This document shows, piece by piece, positions 18,059 through 28,488 of a stretch of 33,937 bases of DNA (position 1 is the first letter of the stretch; the number at the start of each line of letters is the position of its first letter). The DNA is taken from the NCBI GenBank assembly GCA_964013405.1, contig CAXGWI010000025.1, forward strand, positions 1-33,937. Reading direction: 5' to 3'. A model generated the notes under the pieces. The model was not told the DNA's origin. It did no database searches and was given only the letters and a program-made list of their open reading frames with translations. Both the position numbers and the translations under genes were made by a program. This DNA is from an uncultured Myxococcales bacterium (GTDB lineage: Bacteria; Myxococcota; UBA4151).

Positions 18059-18799
18059 TCAGCGTTGGGCCTCGCCGGTCATGGGGACGAAACGCACAGC
18101 GAACACGGAGCGAGTCCGGTAGCCCTCCTCGCTCCGGGTGATCACCTGCATTTCTTGCTGCGCAGCACCCACGGGGATCACAAGGCGCCCACCGATCGCC
18201 AATTGGTCAAGGAGGGGTTGGGGCACCTTCTCCGGCGCAGCCGTCACCACGATGGCGTCGAAGGGTGCAGCCGTCGGCCAGCCTTGATAGCCATCACCGA
18301 TGCGTAAATGGAGGTCTGTATAGCCGAGGGCCTGTAAGTCGCTGGCTGCCCGCTGGCCCAAGGGTTCGACGATCTCGATGCTGTACACAGTCACGCCCAT
18401 TTCGGCCAAAACCGCCGCCTGATAGCCGGAGCCGGTGCCGATCTCGAGAACCCGCTCGCCGGGCTGCAGGTCGGCTGCCTGGGTCATAAAAGCGACGATG
18501 TAGGGCTGCGAGATGGTCTGCCCTTCCCCGATCGGCAGGGGATGATCTTGATAGGCCAGTTCCCGGTGGCGCGCCGGCACCAGGGCATGTCGAGGCACCG
18601 TCGCCATGGCCTTCAACACCGCCTCGTTGTAGATATCACGGCCCCGCAGCTGCTCCACCACCATACGGTCCCGCTCCCCTTGGCGGGCCTGGAAAGGCTC
18701 GGGACGCACCACCGATTCGGCCACCTTCTGCTCCCCATTGCTCCGCCAACTGCAGCCGATATGAACAAGGAGACAAAAGGCCGACAGCAAGCGCAACAT
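18059..18799 (-). CDS. pcm: Protein-L-isoaspartate(D-aspartate) O-methyltransferase
   Basis: PLPIGEGQTISQPYIVA, VLEIGTGSGYQAAVLA, APFDAIVVTAA, QLAIGGRLVIPVG and VRFVPMTG. Confidence 0.96.
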   Translation of the reverse strand: MLRLLSAFCLLVHIGCSWRSNGEQKVAESVVRPEPFQARQGERDRMVVEQLRGRDIYNEAVLKAMATVPRHALVPARHRELAYQDHPLPIGEGQTISQPYIVAFMTQAADLQPGERVLEIGTGSGYQAAVLAEMGVTVYSIEIVEPLGQRAASDLQALGYTDLHLRIGDGYQGWPTAAPFDAIVVTAAPEKVPQPLLDQLAIGGRLVIPVGAAQQEMQVITRSEEGYRTRSVFAVRFVPMTGEAQR

Positions 18800-18906
18800 G
18801 CCCGCAGTTTAAAGGGGCCCGAGCCGGGAGAAAAGAGGCACCGTCGATCGACAAGTAGCCGGGCTTCGAGATAGGCTCATGGCCCCACCACGAGAAGGAG
18901 CGCGCG

Positions 18907-19737
18907 ATGGGTCGGCTGTCCCTGACCGCCATGGTGCTGTTGGCCTGTACCGAATCCCCGCCTCCCGCCGCCGGGGAACTCCGGGCCGTCAGCTACAACA
19001 TCGCTGGACTCCCCGAAGGCATCTCCGGCTCTCAGCCAGCCACCTTCATTCCCCTGATCAGTGGGAAGCTCAATCCCTACGACCTGGTCTTGGTCCAAGA
19101 AGACTTTGCCTATCACGATGCCTTGCTGTTGGACATCGAGCACCCCCATGTCAGCGCCCCCAAACAGGCCAGCAGTCGTTTCTACGGCGATGGACTCACT
19201 CGCTTAAGCCGAAGCCCATTTAGAGACCACCAACGTGTCCAGTGGGACCTGTGTCATGGTGGGCTCACCGGGGCCAGCGACTGCTTAGCAGAGAAGGGAT
19301 TTTCGGCTGCATGGCATCGCCTCGATGGGGATCTCGAACTCCTCGTCATCAATCACCACGCCGAGGCGGGGGGTGGTGCGGAGGATGAGGCAGCCCGAGC
19401 CGACAACTTCGATCAACTGGCTCGGTTTTTGGAAACGGTCGCGCCGGGGAAAGCCCTCCTCATCGCCGGGGACAATAACCTTCACGGCTTTGCCGAGCCC
19501 GATGAAACGGTGCTGACGAGCTTCCTGACTCGCCTACAGTTGGAAGACGCCTGCCGTCACCTCCGTTGCGGTGACGAGCACATCGACCGTTTCTTCTTTC
19601 GCAGTGGGGCTGACATCCACCTGGAGGTCAGCCAGTGGGGCGTTGCGGAAGGATTCACCAGTGCAGATGGCAGCGATCTCTCCGATCATCCGCCCATCGA
19701 AGTCATGCTGAAGTGGTCCGCGCAGCGAGGGCTCTGA
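18907..19737 (+). CDS. Endonuclease/exonuclease/phosphatase family lipoprotein (sphingomyelinase-like)
   Basis: SYNIAG, LVQEDF, EKGF, AGDNN, IDRFF and LSDH motifs. Lipobox LLAC and AAGGAG RBS. Confidence 0.9.
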   Translation: MGRLSLTAMVLLACTESPPPAAGELRAVSYNIAGLPEGISGSQPATFIPLISGKLNPYDLVLVQEDFAYHDALLLDIEHPHVSAPKQASSRFYGDGLTRLSRSPFRDHQRVQWDLCHGGLTGASDCLAEKGFSAAWHRLDGDLELLVINHHAEAGGGAEDEAARADNFDQLARFLETVAPGKALLIAGDNNLHGFAEPDETVLTSFLTRLQLEDACRHLRCGDEHIDRFFFRSGADIHLEVSQWGVAEGFTSADGSDLSDHPPIEVMLKWSAQRGL

Positions 19738-19764
19738 CTCCCCTCCAGCCAGGCTGAGCCGGCA

Positions 19765-22074
19765 TCAACGCCCTTCCATGGCCTGGCGCCATTGGTCGTT
19801 GGAGACCACCCCCCGGTAGACTCGCACCTCATCGATGTAAATCTGCGTCCCGACAGCGCCGGAAATACCGCGCCCGCCGACACTGGGCGCTCCCCGCCCA
19901 TGGTCCTCGTTCGGATTGAGTAAGGATGGCGAGGTGGGCAGGTTGGTGATGTTCTCCGACCCCCGCACCTCACCATCCACGATCAACTCAATGGTGTTAC
20001 CGCTGACACGAGCACCGACGTGGTGCCATTGGCCATCTTTCAGATTCACGTTCCGGGCATAGGCATTGTAGTTCGTATCGTCCCGGTCGGAACCACCCCA
20101 GAATCGCAGATCGCCACCGCTCTGCAGATTCAGCGTATAACCCTGACGGGGGTTGCAGCAGGTGCCCAAGGTGATGATGCCGGCCCCATTACCGCCGCCG
20201 GAGGCTTTAATCCAAGCCATGAAGCTGTAATCGCCATCCATGTCCAAGTCGCTGATGTCTCCACCAATGCCCAGTTTGTCGGCGTCGGTAGCGCCCTCCG
20301 GCGACAGCATGGCGAACTGACCGTGGCGGGCATCACCGGTGAACGTGTTTCGGCCCACCATCGTGCCCACATTGGCAACGCCACCAGAGCGATCGGCCAC
20401 CGTCCCCTCGCCCGACTCGAAATCATAATAGAGAACCAAGCCTTCCAAGTTCACGTCCGGCAGGGTGCAATCTGCTTGGCAGCCATCGTCGTCATCCTGA
20501 TTGCCGTCATCACAGGCTTCAACACCGCCGTGGACGAAGCCATCACCACAGGTGGCTTCAACGCAGTTGGCGAGACAGGCGTCTTCGTTGGAGCCGTTGC
20601 CGTCGTCGCAGGCCTCTTCACCGGCCCAAACGAAACCATCACCGCATTGGGCTTCGTCGCATTGACCGGTGCAATCGTCTTCGTCGATGTCGTTGCCGTC
20701 ATCGCAGATCTCGTTGTCGAGGTGGAGAATCCCATCACCGCATTGGGCCTGGAGACAAGCATTGGTGCAATCGTCACCGTCGACGTCGTTCCCATCATCA
20801 CAAACTTCGCCTTCACGGTTGACGATGCCGTCACCGCAGACTGCGATCACACACTGATTATTGCAGCCGTCATTGGGGTCATCATTGCCATCGTCACAGT
20901 CCTCGCGACCAAGCCACACCTGGCCGTCACCACAGCGGGCAGCCTGACAGTTGGAGAGGCACAGGTCTGACTCGTCCTCATCACCGTCATCGCACTCCTC
21001 AAAGCCTGCGGCACCCTGCTCCAAGTCGTTGCGTTGAATCCCATCGCCACAAACCGCCTCCCGACAGCCCGTGGTGCAGGCATCTCCATCGCTGTCATTG
21101 CCGTCGTCGCAGGCCTCTCCCATGTCCACTCGCCCATTACCGCAACGCTCCTGCAGGCAGCGATCCGAGCAGCCATCACCTTCGGCCTCGTTGCCATCGT
21201 CGCAATCCTCGTAACCCAATTCTTCCGGGGCTAAATCAACCCGCTGAATCCCATCGCCACAGCGGGCTTCCTGGCAAAGGCCCGTACACCCATCGTCCTG
21301 CCGGGCATTGCCGTCATCACAGGCTTCGTGACCGGCCCAGATCACGCCATCACCACAGGCAGCAGCAGCGCAATTGCTCAAACAATTGTCTTCCTCGACA
21401 TCGTTACCGTCATCGCACTGCTCACCCTCTTGAATGACGCCATCACCACAGGCGGCCGGCTGACAGTTATTGCAGCCATCGGTGGGATCCTCGTTGCCGT
21501 CATCGCAGCCCTCCCCAGGGCCGATGAGACCATCGCCGCAGCGGGGCAAGCTGCAGTCCGTCCGGCACGCATCGTCGTCGATTTCGTTACCATCGTCACA
21601 GGCTTCGAAGCCGGAAACACCCTCTTGCAGGTCCTCTCGAAGGATCCCGTCACCGCAGCGGGCCAAGCTGCAATCGCTCAGACACTCGTCGGCCTCGATG
21701 TCATTGCCATCATCGCAGGCCTCAAAGCCCACGCTATCCTCTGCGATATCCAGCCGGATCAAACCGTCACCGCACTGGGCCAACTGGCAGTTGCTCAAAC
21801 AGGCATCTGTGTCCTCTTCATTACCGTCGTCACAGGCTTCGAAGCCCCCCTCGTCCGGACCGACATCCTTGCGAGTGACGCCGTCACCGCAGACGGCGAT
21901 TTCACAAGCGTTGGTGCAGCCGTCGGTGTTCTCGGCGTTGCCATCGTCGCATTGCTCTCCCACCTCGATCTCGCCATCACCACAACTGGCCTCCGTTTGG
22001 CGCACGACAACCTGTTCGCCGCAACTGGCGAGACAAAGACCCAGGAGCAGGACGGGACTGATCAGTTTCAACAT
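19765..22074 (-). CDS. Lipoprotein with 15 Myxococcus Cys-rich (DUF4215-type) repeats and a C-terminal LamG-like domain
   Basis: Lipobox LASC, 15 CG[DN]G...E.CDDG[ND]...C...C units counted by hand, then [27 protein letters not shown] and IDEVRVY. Confidence 0.92.
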   Translation of the reverse strand: MLKLISPVLLLGLCLASCGEQVVVRQTEASCGDGEIEVGEQCDDGNAENTDGCTNACEIAVCGDGVTRKDVGPDEGGFEACDDGNEEDTDACLSNCQLAQCGDGLIRLDIAEDSVGFEACDDGNDIEADECLSDCSLARCGDGILREDLQEGVSGFEACDDGNEIDDDACRTDCSLPRCGDGLIGPGEGCDDGNEDPTDGCNNCQPAACGDGVIQEGEQCDDGNDVEEDNCLSNCAAAACGDGVIWAGHEACDDGNARQDDGCTGLCQEARCGDGIQRVDLAPEELGYEDCDDGNEAEGDGCSDRCLQERCGNGRVDMGEACDDGNDSDGDACTTGCREAVCGDGIQRNDLEQGAAGFEECDDGDEDESDLCLSNCQAARCGDGQVWLGREDCDDGNDDPNDGCNNQCVIAVCGDGIVNREGEVCDDGNDVDGDDCTNACLQAQCGDGILHLDNEICDDGNDIDEDDCTGQCDEAQCGDGFVWAGEEACDDGNGSNEDACLANCVEATCGDGFVHGGVEACDDGNQDDDDGCQADCTLPDVNLEGLVLYYDFESGEGTVADRSGGVANVGTMVGRNTFTGDARHGQFAMLSPEGATDADKLGIGGDISDLDMDGDYSFMAWIKASGGGNGAGIITLGTCCNPRQGYTLNLQSGGDLRFWGGSDRDDTNYNAYARNVNLKDGQWHHVGARVSGNTIELIVDGEVRGSENITNLPTSPSLLNPNEDHGRGAPSVGGRGISGAVGTQIYIDEVRVYRGVVSNDQWRQAMEGR

Positions 22075-22271
22075 GGCTTCTTCCTCACCAGCAAAGGCTA
22101 GTTGGTTTGCTCTGCTTCGCAAAGGCCCCGCACCAAGTGCTCCGTCCTCTGCGGCGAAAAGAAAGGCGAAGCGGAGCCCCTATTGATCTGCTAGGACCCC
22201 AAGCAGGTCATGGGATTTATCACGACAGGCGACGATCTTACACCGCTTCGAATGCGGCCGGGGAGCAGGGC

Positions 22272-22847
22272 ATGCTGGCCACTTTGACATTCCTAGCAGC
22301 GGTGCACATGCCCATCGATGAGCACCGCCGGTTTAAAGACCGTGGCGAAACATTGCGTGCCCCCCACCTGCGGGCCGCCGTTCGAGTCGGTGCGAACCAG
22401 GATACCGATGGCAGCCGGCAGGAGATCTGCATCGGGCTTGCCCCCTCGGCCCGCTGGTCTCTCGAGAGTTGCGGTACCGGCGCCGGGTTCTTCGGGCCTG
22501 CGAGTTCAGGCCCCGACTTGGCCCACTTCCGTCTCCGCTACCAAGCCTGGAGTCGCAGTGCCGGCGCGGGCTGGCTTCTGGCCGATTTCCAGGCTGGCTT
22601 TGCGGAGTTGGAGATTGGCGACGACGATCCGGGCTTTCATTTCACCTCGGCCGGGCCCCGGGGGCTCGAGACCGCGGGCCCTTCCGCTGGCGCCTCCCTT
22701 CGTTGGACGCAGCCCCTCCAGAATGCGCTCTATGTCTTCGGTGAAATCAACGGAAATCTAGTCTACTTCCATCACGCAGCCCAGTTAATACAACCCCAGT
22801 CACCCTGGCATCCAAGCCTCAGCCTAAGTCTCGGGCTGGGGTTCTAA
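22272..22847 (+). CDS. Hypothetical protein, probable small outer-membrane barrel
   Basis: GGGAG RBS before ATG 22272, alternating strands, C-terminus LSLSLGLGF. Confidence 0.65.
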   Translation: MLATLTFLAAVHMPIDEHRRFKDRGETLRAPHLRAAVRVGANQDTDGSRQEICIGLAPSARWSLESCGTGAGFFGPASSGPDLAHFRLRYQAWSRSAGAGWLLADFQAGFAELEIGDDDPGFHFTSAGPRGLETAGPSAGASLRWTQPLQNALYVFGEINGNLVYFHHAAQLIQPQSPWHPSLSLSLGLGF

Positions 22848-22875
22848 ATCGGCGAGTTTGGGGCTAGAAGTCCCC

Positions 22876-24033
22876 ATGGTTACCGTCCAATCCCATCACG
22901 TCCTCTACCGCGACGAGCGCTTCAACTGTGCGTTTCCATCTCTTCTCATGGGCGATGGAGAAATCCTCCTCGCCTTCCGCCGAGCTCGAGACCCCAGTTG
23001 GATTCACAAGGCGGCTGGGGATTGGACCCATCCCGACCGCTGGGCCACCCATGTGGATGCCCGCTCCCATATCGCCCTCGCACGACTGGCACCAGACAGC
23101 CTCGCCGTCCGTGGTGAGCCGGAAATCCTGCCCATCGATCCGGAAGCGGGTGATCAAGATCCCAACTTGTTGCGGCTCCCGAGCGGCGAGATCCTCCTGA
23201 GTTCATTCGCCTGGTATCCCCTACCCTCGGGCATGCTGCCGCTCCTGCCCGCATGGCAAGGACCAGGGAATTGGTCCCCGGAGGGCGTCGGCCAGCTTCA
23301 TCTGTGTTGGTATACATTCTGGGGAGGCTACACGAGGATCGGCAGCGCTGATGGCCGACAGTGGAGCCCCCACCAGTATCTGCCGGGGCTCCCAGACTCC
23401 AAAGACATCGTCGCTGACCGCCGCCCCCTCCATGGCGGTGCGCCACGAGGCCGGGCAGTCAAAGCTCCTGATGGTCGGCTCCTTCTTGCGACGTATGGGA
23501 TTCGAATGTCCCACGGTCCCAAACGGAGCGCCCATCTCTTCAGTTCAATGGACGATGGGGCAACTTGGGAGTTCACCACCACGATCGCCTCGGATCTCAG
23601 CGGCAAGATCGAGTTCACGGAACCGAGCCTGGTGGTGGACAGCAAAGACCGAATCTGGGCCTTTATCCGCAGTTTTGGAATCGACGACAAAGTGCTCACG
23701 GTCTGCTCTGAGGATGGAGGAGCGACTTGGTCCAACTATCAGGTCAATCCCTTTCAAGGCCACCCTCAGGACCCCCTTAAACTCAAAGATGGTCGTATCT
23801 TGCTGACCTATGGCTACCGTCATGGCCCCTACGGGATCCGAGCCCGCTTGCTCGCTCCCGATCTCTCCGATCTCACGCAGGCGCCGGAGATCATCATCCG
23901 GGACGATGGGATCGGCCCGGATCTAGGCTATCCCTGGGCCGTCGAACGGGAGGATGGAAGCGTCCTCGTCGCCTACTACTTTGCCGACGAAAGCGGGAAT
24001 CGCCACATCGCTGGCAGCGTGCTTCAGCTATAG
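22876..24033 (+). CDS. Sialidase-like BNR/Asp-box beta-propeller protein
   Basis: AFPSL, LLAFRR, DQDPNL, Asp boxes SMDDGATW and SEDGGATW, FTEP, LLTYGYR and DLGYP. No evident signal peptide. Confidence 0.88.
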   Translation: MVTVQSHHVLYRDERFNCAFPSLLMGDGEILLAFRRARDPSWIHKAAGDWTHPDRWATHVDARSHIALARLAPDSLAVRGEPEILPIDPEAGDQDPNLLRLPSGEILLSSFAWYPLPSGMLPLLPAWQGPGNWSPEGVGQLHLCWYTFWGGYTRIGSADGRQWSPHQYLPGLPDSKDIVADRRPLHGGAPRGRAVKAPDGRLLLATYGIRMSHGPKRSAHLFSSMDDGATWEFTTTIASDLSGKIEFTEPSLVVDSKDRIWAFIRSFGIDDKVLTVCSEDGGATWSNYQVNPFQGHPQDPLKLKDGRILLTYGYRHGPYGIRARLLAPDLSDLTQAPEIIIRDDGIGPDLGYPWAVEREDGSVLVAYYFADESGNRHIAGSVLQL

Positions 24034-26226
24034 CCCCTCGCCGGAGACCGACAGCCAGCGGGGAATCCAAGCGGTTCCATCCCGACGGAGCATGACCCGC
24101 TCGTCATCGGGCAAGAGCGTCGCCGAGCAGCCTGATGCCGTCGACCTACAGGCAACCGATCGGACCAGGCCATCCCGGGAGGCGACCGCGAGATCCCACA
24201 TCGTCTCTGCCGGCCACCATGGGCTGTCCATCACCACCTCCAAGCGGTCCTCGACACGATTCAGAACCAACCAGTCGCCCTCCTCAACCTCCACCGGCCC
24301 GGGCTGCCCCTCGCAATCAAAGTCGCGCTCCGCACCACTGGGAAAACGCAGCGTGCCAGCCCCCTCACTCACCATGATGACATGGGGCAGACCGAAGCGA
24401 AGTTCCCCCTGAACATCCCGCCGGCGCCAAGGCCCACCGGCAAGAGCTCGGACCCGGTACCCCAGGCCACTGGATGGCACGAGGGAAGGTCGGGGCTTCA
24501 CGCTACAGCGGGGCAGCGCCCCTTGGGCCGGCACCTCCGATTGGAGGATACTCAAACCGTTGAGCGGCACCGTGATGAGATCTAAAGCGCCGTCGTGATC
24601 CAAGTCGACCTTGGCCGCCCCACGGGCGCTCCACAATGGGCCGTCCTGCTGGGCATCTTCCCGGTTGTGCTGGACCAGGCCGACCTCTGCGCCCATCGCC
24701 ACAAAGGTCCCACCGGGTTGTTGGAGCAGGAGCAGATCTTCATGAACCGACTCGAATTCGGGCCCCAAGGCACCGTGGGTGACAAAGACGTCATCCAGGC
24801 CATTGCGGTCAAAGTCTTCATTCAAGGCCGACCAGGCATAAAGCATGGTCTCGCCGGAATAGGCTAAGCGGAGGCCCCGATCAGGGCCCTGATCTCGCCG
24901 AGGCTGCTCCAGGGCAAACAAACGATTCGGGCCCAAGTCGCTCACGAAGAGGTGCTCACCGATGCCATCGATGTGCAGCAGTGCGGCGCCCATAAAACTG
25001 CCGTAGGCCTCCGCCCCCTCCCCCAAGTCCTCCGGCCGATAGCGACAGTCCTCAAGAGGTGAACAGGCCATGAACACCCGGCCCGGTTCAAACTCCCCCA
25101 GTTGGACCGGTGCCCCCAAGTAGGTCCCCGCGTCGTTGAGCAGCACCATGTCCAGCAGGCCATCGTCGTTCAAGTCGGCTCCGGCGAGGGCCAAGGTCGA
25201 GCCCGGGTTCGCCAGCAGTCTGTCCAAGTCCGCCGGTGCCCGTTCAAAGGCTCCAGCAGGTCCCTGTAAAAAGGTGAGGTTGGCCATGATTTGATCGATG
25301 GGTGGCAGTGGGCGTCCGCCGGCTCCCTCGGCCCGCATCTGACAGCCCACGTAAAGATCGAGATCACCGTCATGGTCCATGTCAAAGATCAAAGCAGCGC
25401 CGGCTTCGCAGTAATGGCGAGGGTCATCTGGCTCCAGCAGGGTCCGTAACTCCGCCTGCTCCCGTTGGGGCGCAAAGCGATGAAACTGAATTGTCTCCCG
25501 CCCGAGAAGAATCATCTCTTCGAGGCCATCGCCTTCGAGATCGAGCCCGTAGGCAGCAAACACCTTGCCCAAATCTTGGTGACAAAGGCTCGGTTCAGCT
25601 TCGAAGACCAGCTCGGTCCCTCGAGCGCGGTTTCGATAGAGACATGGGGGCGAAGACGGTTGGGCATCCGACAGCCCACGACCTAAAAATACGTCCTGAA
25701 GACCATCACCGTCCACATCCACCAGGCCCCCACCCCAGCCGTTGGCAGCACCCCGATCGGCCGGGCTGGAATCAAAACTGCTGTGCTGGTTAAAAGGTGC
25801 GACCTCCCGGCGCTCGAAGAGAATACCGTGGGCGGGCGTAGGACGCTCAAGACAACGTTGGTCCCGGCAGCGCTCGTTCGTCGTACAATCCCTATGGATG
25901 AGGCATTCCCCCAAAAAGCACCGCCCTAAAAGACTGCATCGCTGGTCACGACCACAGTCTCTGTCCTGCTCGCAGGCCTCAGGCCCCTCAATACAATGCC
26001 CATTGGCGCACTGCTGCCCCACCGCACACTGACTTCGATCTTCACAATCCCCACCGGGGGCCTGAACACACTGCCCAGCCGAGCACAGTTGCCCCTCAGG
26101 ACAGGGGTCACATTCGGCCGACGATGGGGGAGGCGGTTCCTTCGGTTCCTCGATCGGCGGCTCTTCGTCGAAGACACAGGCAGCCCCGACGGCGACGAGC
26201 AACAGCACCACCCTTCGCCATCGCAT
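24028..26226 (-). CDS. Lipoprotein with Cys-rich modules and FG-GAP/VCBS repeats (CRTAC1-like)
   Basis: Lipobox GAAC, Cys-rich N-terminus, repeats DVDGDGLQD, DLEGDGLEE, DMDHDGDLD, DLNDDGLLD, DFDRNGLDD and DLDHDGALD. Confidence 0.88.
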   Translation of the reverse strand: MRWRRVVLLLVAVGAACVFDEEPPIEEPKEPPPPSSAECDPCPEGQLCSAGQCVQAPGGDCEDRSQCAVGQQCANGHCIEGPEACEQDRDCGRDQRCSLLGRCFLGECLIHRDCTTNERCRDQRCLERPTPAHGILFERREVAPFNQHSSFDSSPADRGAANGWGGGLVDVDGDGLQDVFLGRGLSDAQPSSPPCLYRNRARGTELVFEAEPSLCHQDLGKVFAAYGLDLEGDGLEEMILLGRETIQFHRFAPQREQAELRTLLEPDDPRHYCEAGAALIFDMDHDGDLDLYVGCQMRAEGAGGRPLPPIDQIMANLTFLQGPAGAFERAPADLDRLLANPGSTLALAGADLNDDGLLDMVLLNDAGTYLGAPVQLGEFEPGRVFMACSPLEDCRYRPEDLGEGAEAYGSFMGAALLHIDGIGEHLFVSDLGPNRLFALEQPRRDQGPDRGLRLAYSGETMLYAWSALNEDFDRNGLDDVFVTHGALGPEFESVHEDLLLLQQPGGTFVAMGAEVGLVQHNREDAQQDGPLWSARGAAKVDLDHDGALDLITVPLNGLSILQSEVPAQGALPRCSVKPRPSLVPSSGLGYRVRALAGGPWRRRDVQGELRFGLPHVIMVSEGAGTLRFPSGAERDFDCEGQPGPVEVEEGDWLVLNRVEDRLEVVMDSPWWPAETMWDLAVASRDGLVRSVACRSTASGCSATLLPDDERVMLRRDGTAWIPRWLSVSGEGL

Positions 26227-26239
26227 GCTCTGTCCCTTA

Positions 26240-26797
26240 CTAGCGATCACGGTCCCGTGGGCCCTTGCGGCGACTCAGGGCGATGCCGATAACCAGAATG
26301 CCCGCGAAGAGCATCCACGTGGAAGCGTCCACCGCCTCACAACTACAGCCGACGGCATCACCGGGATCGGGGCTTAGACCGCCATCCACGGGCTGAAGGC
26401 CAGCATCGATAGCCTGACTGCCCCAATCGGCCGGGGCATTCCCCCCATCAACAAGGGGCTCGCCTTCAGGGTAATCATCGGGATCACCGGGATGACTCAG
26501 ATAGGGCCCCGGAGCAGGCTCGCGTGGCTGCCAGGTTCCCGCTGGATCCCCCAGTTCAACACCATTGCTGAAGCCGTCGCCATCCGCATCCCCCTGGGCC
26601 AAGTCAGCCCAATCTCTGCCCGCCTCCCAAAAAGCATCCCCAAAGGAATTACGGGGAGATCCCCCCCCGCTCACATGGCAGGTGTTGCATCGCTGGCTCC
26701 CGGAATTTGGGATCTCGGACATGAAGGGGATTGTCGCCTCGCCCACGCTTGGGACGAGCATTGAGAGGATCAAGATCAAACAGCGCTGCATTGTCAC
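26240..26797 (-). CDS. Secreted CxxCH protein with temptin-like Ca-binding motif and MYXO-CTERM-like tail
   Basis: Signal peptide, IPN...CNTCH...RNSFGDAF...DADGDGFSNGVELGDP, then GCSC, a TM helix and a basic tail (RRKGPR). Confidence 0.75.
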   Translation of the reverse strand: MTMQRCLILILSMLVPSVGEATIPFMSEIPNSGSQRCNTCHVSGGGSPRNSFGDAFWEAGRDWADLAQGDADGDGFSNGVELGDPAGTWQPREPAPGPYLSHPGDPDDYPEGEPLVDGGNAPADWGSQAIDAGLQPVDGGLSPDPGDAVGCSCEAVDASTWMLFAGILVIGIALSRRKGPRDRDR

Positions 26798-26837
26798 TCC
26801 CTGTGTCCAGCTTGGCCCTGTCGAGGATCGGGCGCAA

Positions 26838-27698
26838 TCATTCGGCGCCCCGCCAACGGCCGCTCCGCAGTTGCTTCATGACTTGTTTATGGAGCCAACG
26901 GACCGGCATGAGCCAGCGCACGAATCGCATCGTGCGGGGGGGGCCAGGCGATGGTGCATACATGGGTACGCTCCGGGCTTCGGCCTGATCCACGACAAAG
27001 GCCGCCAGTTTCGCTGGACGCCCCATGGGCTGGTTCAAGGCCGCCCGTTTCGTGACCTCCCCCAGTTCAGCAAAATACTCGACAAAGGGCTGCTCGACGG
27101 CTGGTCGCTCCCCCCGGTAGGCGTCCCCCCGCTGTACGGAGGTGTCCCAGATTTGTGTCCGATAGCTGCCAGGCTCGATGACACAGGTGGACAGGCCCAA
27201 CGGGGTGGTTTCGAGGCAAAAGGCCTCAGCCAGGGCTTCAAGCGCACGCTTGGAGGCGGCATAAGCCCCCAGCATAGGCGTGGGCAGGAAAGCGCTCACC
27301 GATGAGATGAACAGCACGCGCCCCTTCGCTTCGACCAGGGGCGACATCAGCTGCCGCGTGACCCGCATGTGGCCAATGGTGTTGACTTCAAACTGGGCCC
27401 GCAAATCTTCTCGAGTGAGTGCAATCGTTGGCCCGGGATAACTGGTCCCAGCGTTGTTCACCAAACAGTCGAGACCATCTTCAGCCCAAGCCCTCACCAC
27501 CTCACCGAAGGCCTCCGTCGAGGCTTCATCGCAGAGATCGAGGAGGGCCACTTCGCAGCCAAAGCTGCGCAGTGCTTCGCCATCTTCGAGTTTTCGAACG
27601 GTGCCAAGAACTGCCCAGCCTCGAGCAGCGGCGACTCGGGCCACCTCCAGCCCAAAGCCTGACGAGCAACCGGTGACGACCATCCGCCGGGAGATCAC
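26838..27698 (-). CDS. Short-chain dehydrogenase/reductase
   Basis: TGCSSGFG, NNAG, ISS, YAASK and IEPG. GTGA overlap with the upstream gene. Confidence 0.93.
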   Translation of the reverse strand: MISRRMVVTGCSSGFGLEVARVAAARGWAVLGTVRKLEDGEALRSFGCEVALLDLCDEASTEAFGEVVRAWAEDGLDCLVNNAGTSYPGPTIALTREDLRAQFEVNTIGHMRVTRQLMSPLVEAKGRVLFISSVSAFLPTPMLGAYAASKRALEALAEAFCLETTPLGLSTCVIEPGSYRTQIWDTSVQRGDAYRGERPAVEQPFVEYFAELGEVTKRAALNQPMGRPAKLAAFVVDQAEARSVPMYAPSPGPPRTMRFVRWLMPVRWLHKQVMKQLRSGRWRGAE

Positions 27699-28390
27699 CG
27701 AGGTCCTCGAGCCCGACGCCTGAGTTCGTCAAAGACCGCAAACTGCTCGTCCCCGAGAATCGGCTTAATCTTTTCATTGCTGAGTTCCCGAAACTTGATG
27801 GCTTGGTCCCGGGCCTCATCCCAGGTCAACTCACCTCTTCGGGCCCGACGAAACCCCGAGCGAACCTGCTGCCGCTCCTCCTCGAGAATGCCTTCTAGAT
27901 CTGCTTGCTGATTGGCACTCAAACCTTCGAGCTCTGCCTCCTCCAGCTTCTCTGTCAGTCGTTCCATCCACCGAACGAAGCGCTTAGCTGAGTTCACCTC
28001 CCGCCGTTCCCGGCGATCCGCCTGGAAAATTTCTCGCATTCGCTCTCGGAATGCTTCGTCGTCTTCAAGCAGTTGGATCATCCGGGGCGCCAGAGGATCA
28101 CGGCTGTCCGCCGGCTCTTGCGCCGAGGCCCTGTCCCCTTCACCAGTTGACGATCCAGTGGTTCTTTTTCTCGCCGGCGGCAGAACTGCTGATCGCCCCA
28201 TCCCGTCGAGGGCTTGGGTCAGCATCTCAACCTGACGCTCAAGAGCTGCGACTCGCTCGTCTGCGTGGGCTGCTGCAGGCCGAGATTCAGCCACCGCAGA
28301 CTCCACCGTGGGGACGCTCGCCCGCCCCAAGGCGAAGAGCCCCCCACCAATCACCAAGCCAGAACAAAAAATTAGAATGGCGCTTTTCAT
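27695..28390 (-). CDS. Hypothetical membrane-anchored helical protein
   Basis: Hydrophobic N-terminus, coiled coil, charged helical C-terminal domain (LSANQQ...ILGDEQF). Confidence 0.75.
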   Translation of the reverse strand: MKSAILIFCSGLVIGGGLFALGRASVPTVESAVAESRPAAAHADERVAALERQVEMLTQALDGMGRSAVLPPARKRTTGSSTGEGDRASAQEPADSRDPLAPRMIQLLEDDEAFRERMREIFQADRRERREVNSAKRFVRWMERLTEKLEEAELEGLSANQQADLEGILEEERQQVRSGFRRARRGELTWDEARDQAIKFRELSNEKIKPILGDEQFAVFDELRRRARGPR

Positions 28391-28488
28391 GACAGCATTC
28401 CTAGCCGGATTCCAGGCCTGCCGCTAGCACGCCAGTCGGTTGTCCAAAACACTGCACTTGCCTAGGCTAACCAAGGAGCGAACCGACG

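Noticed and set aside
20020..22186. Long plus-strand ORFs with repetitive Val/Ile/Ala or Ser/Pro sequence
   Set aside because: Antisense readings of the Cys-rich repeat gene.
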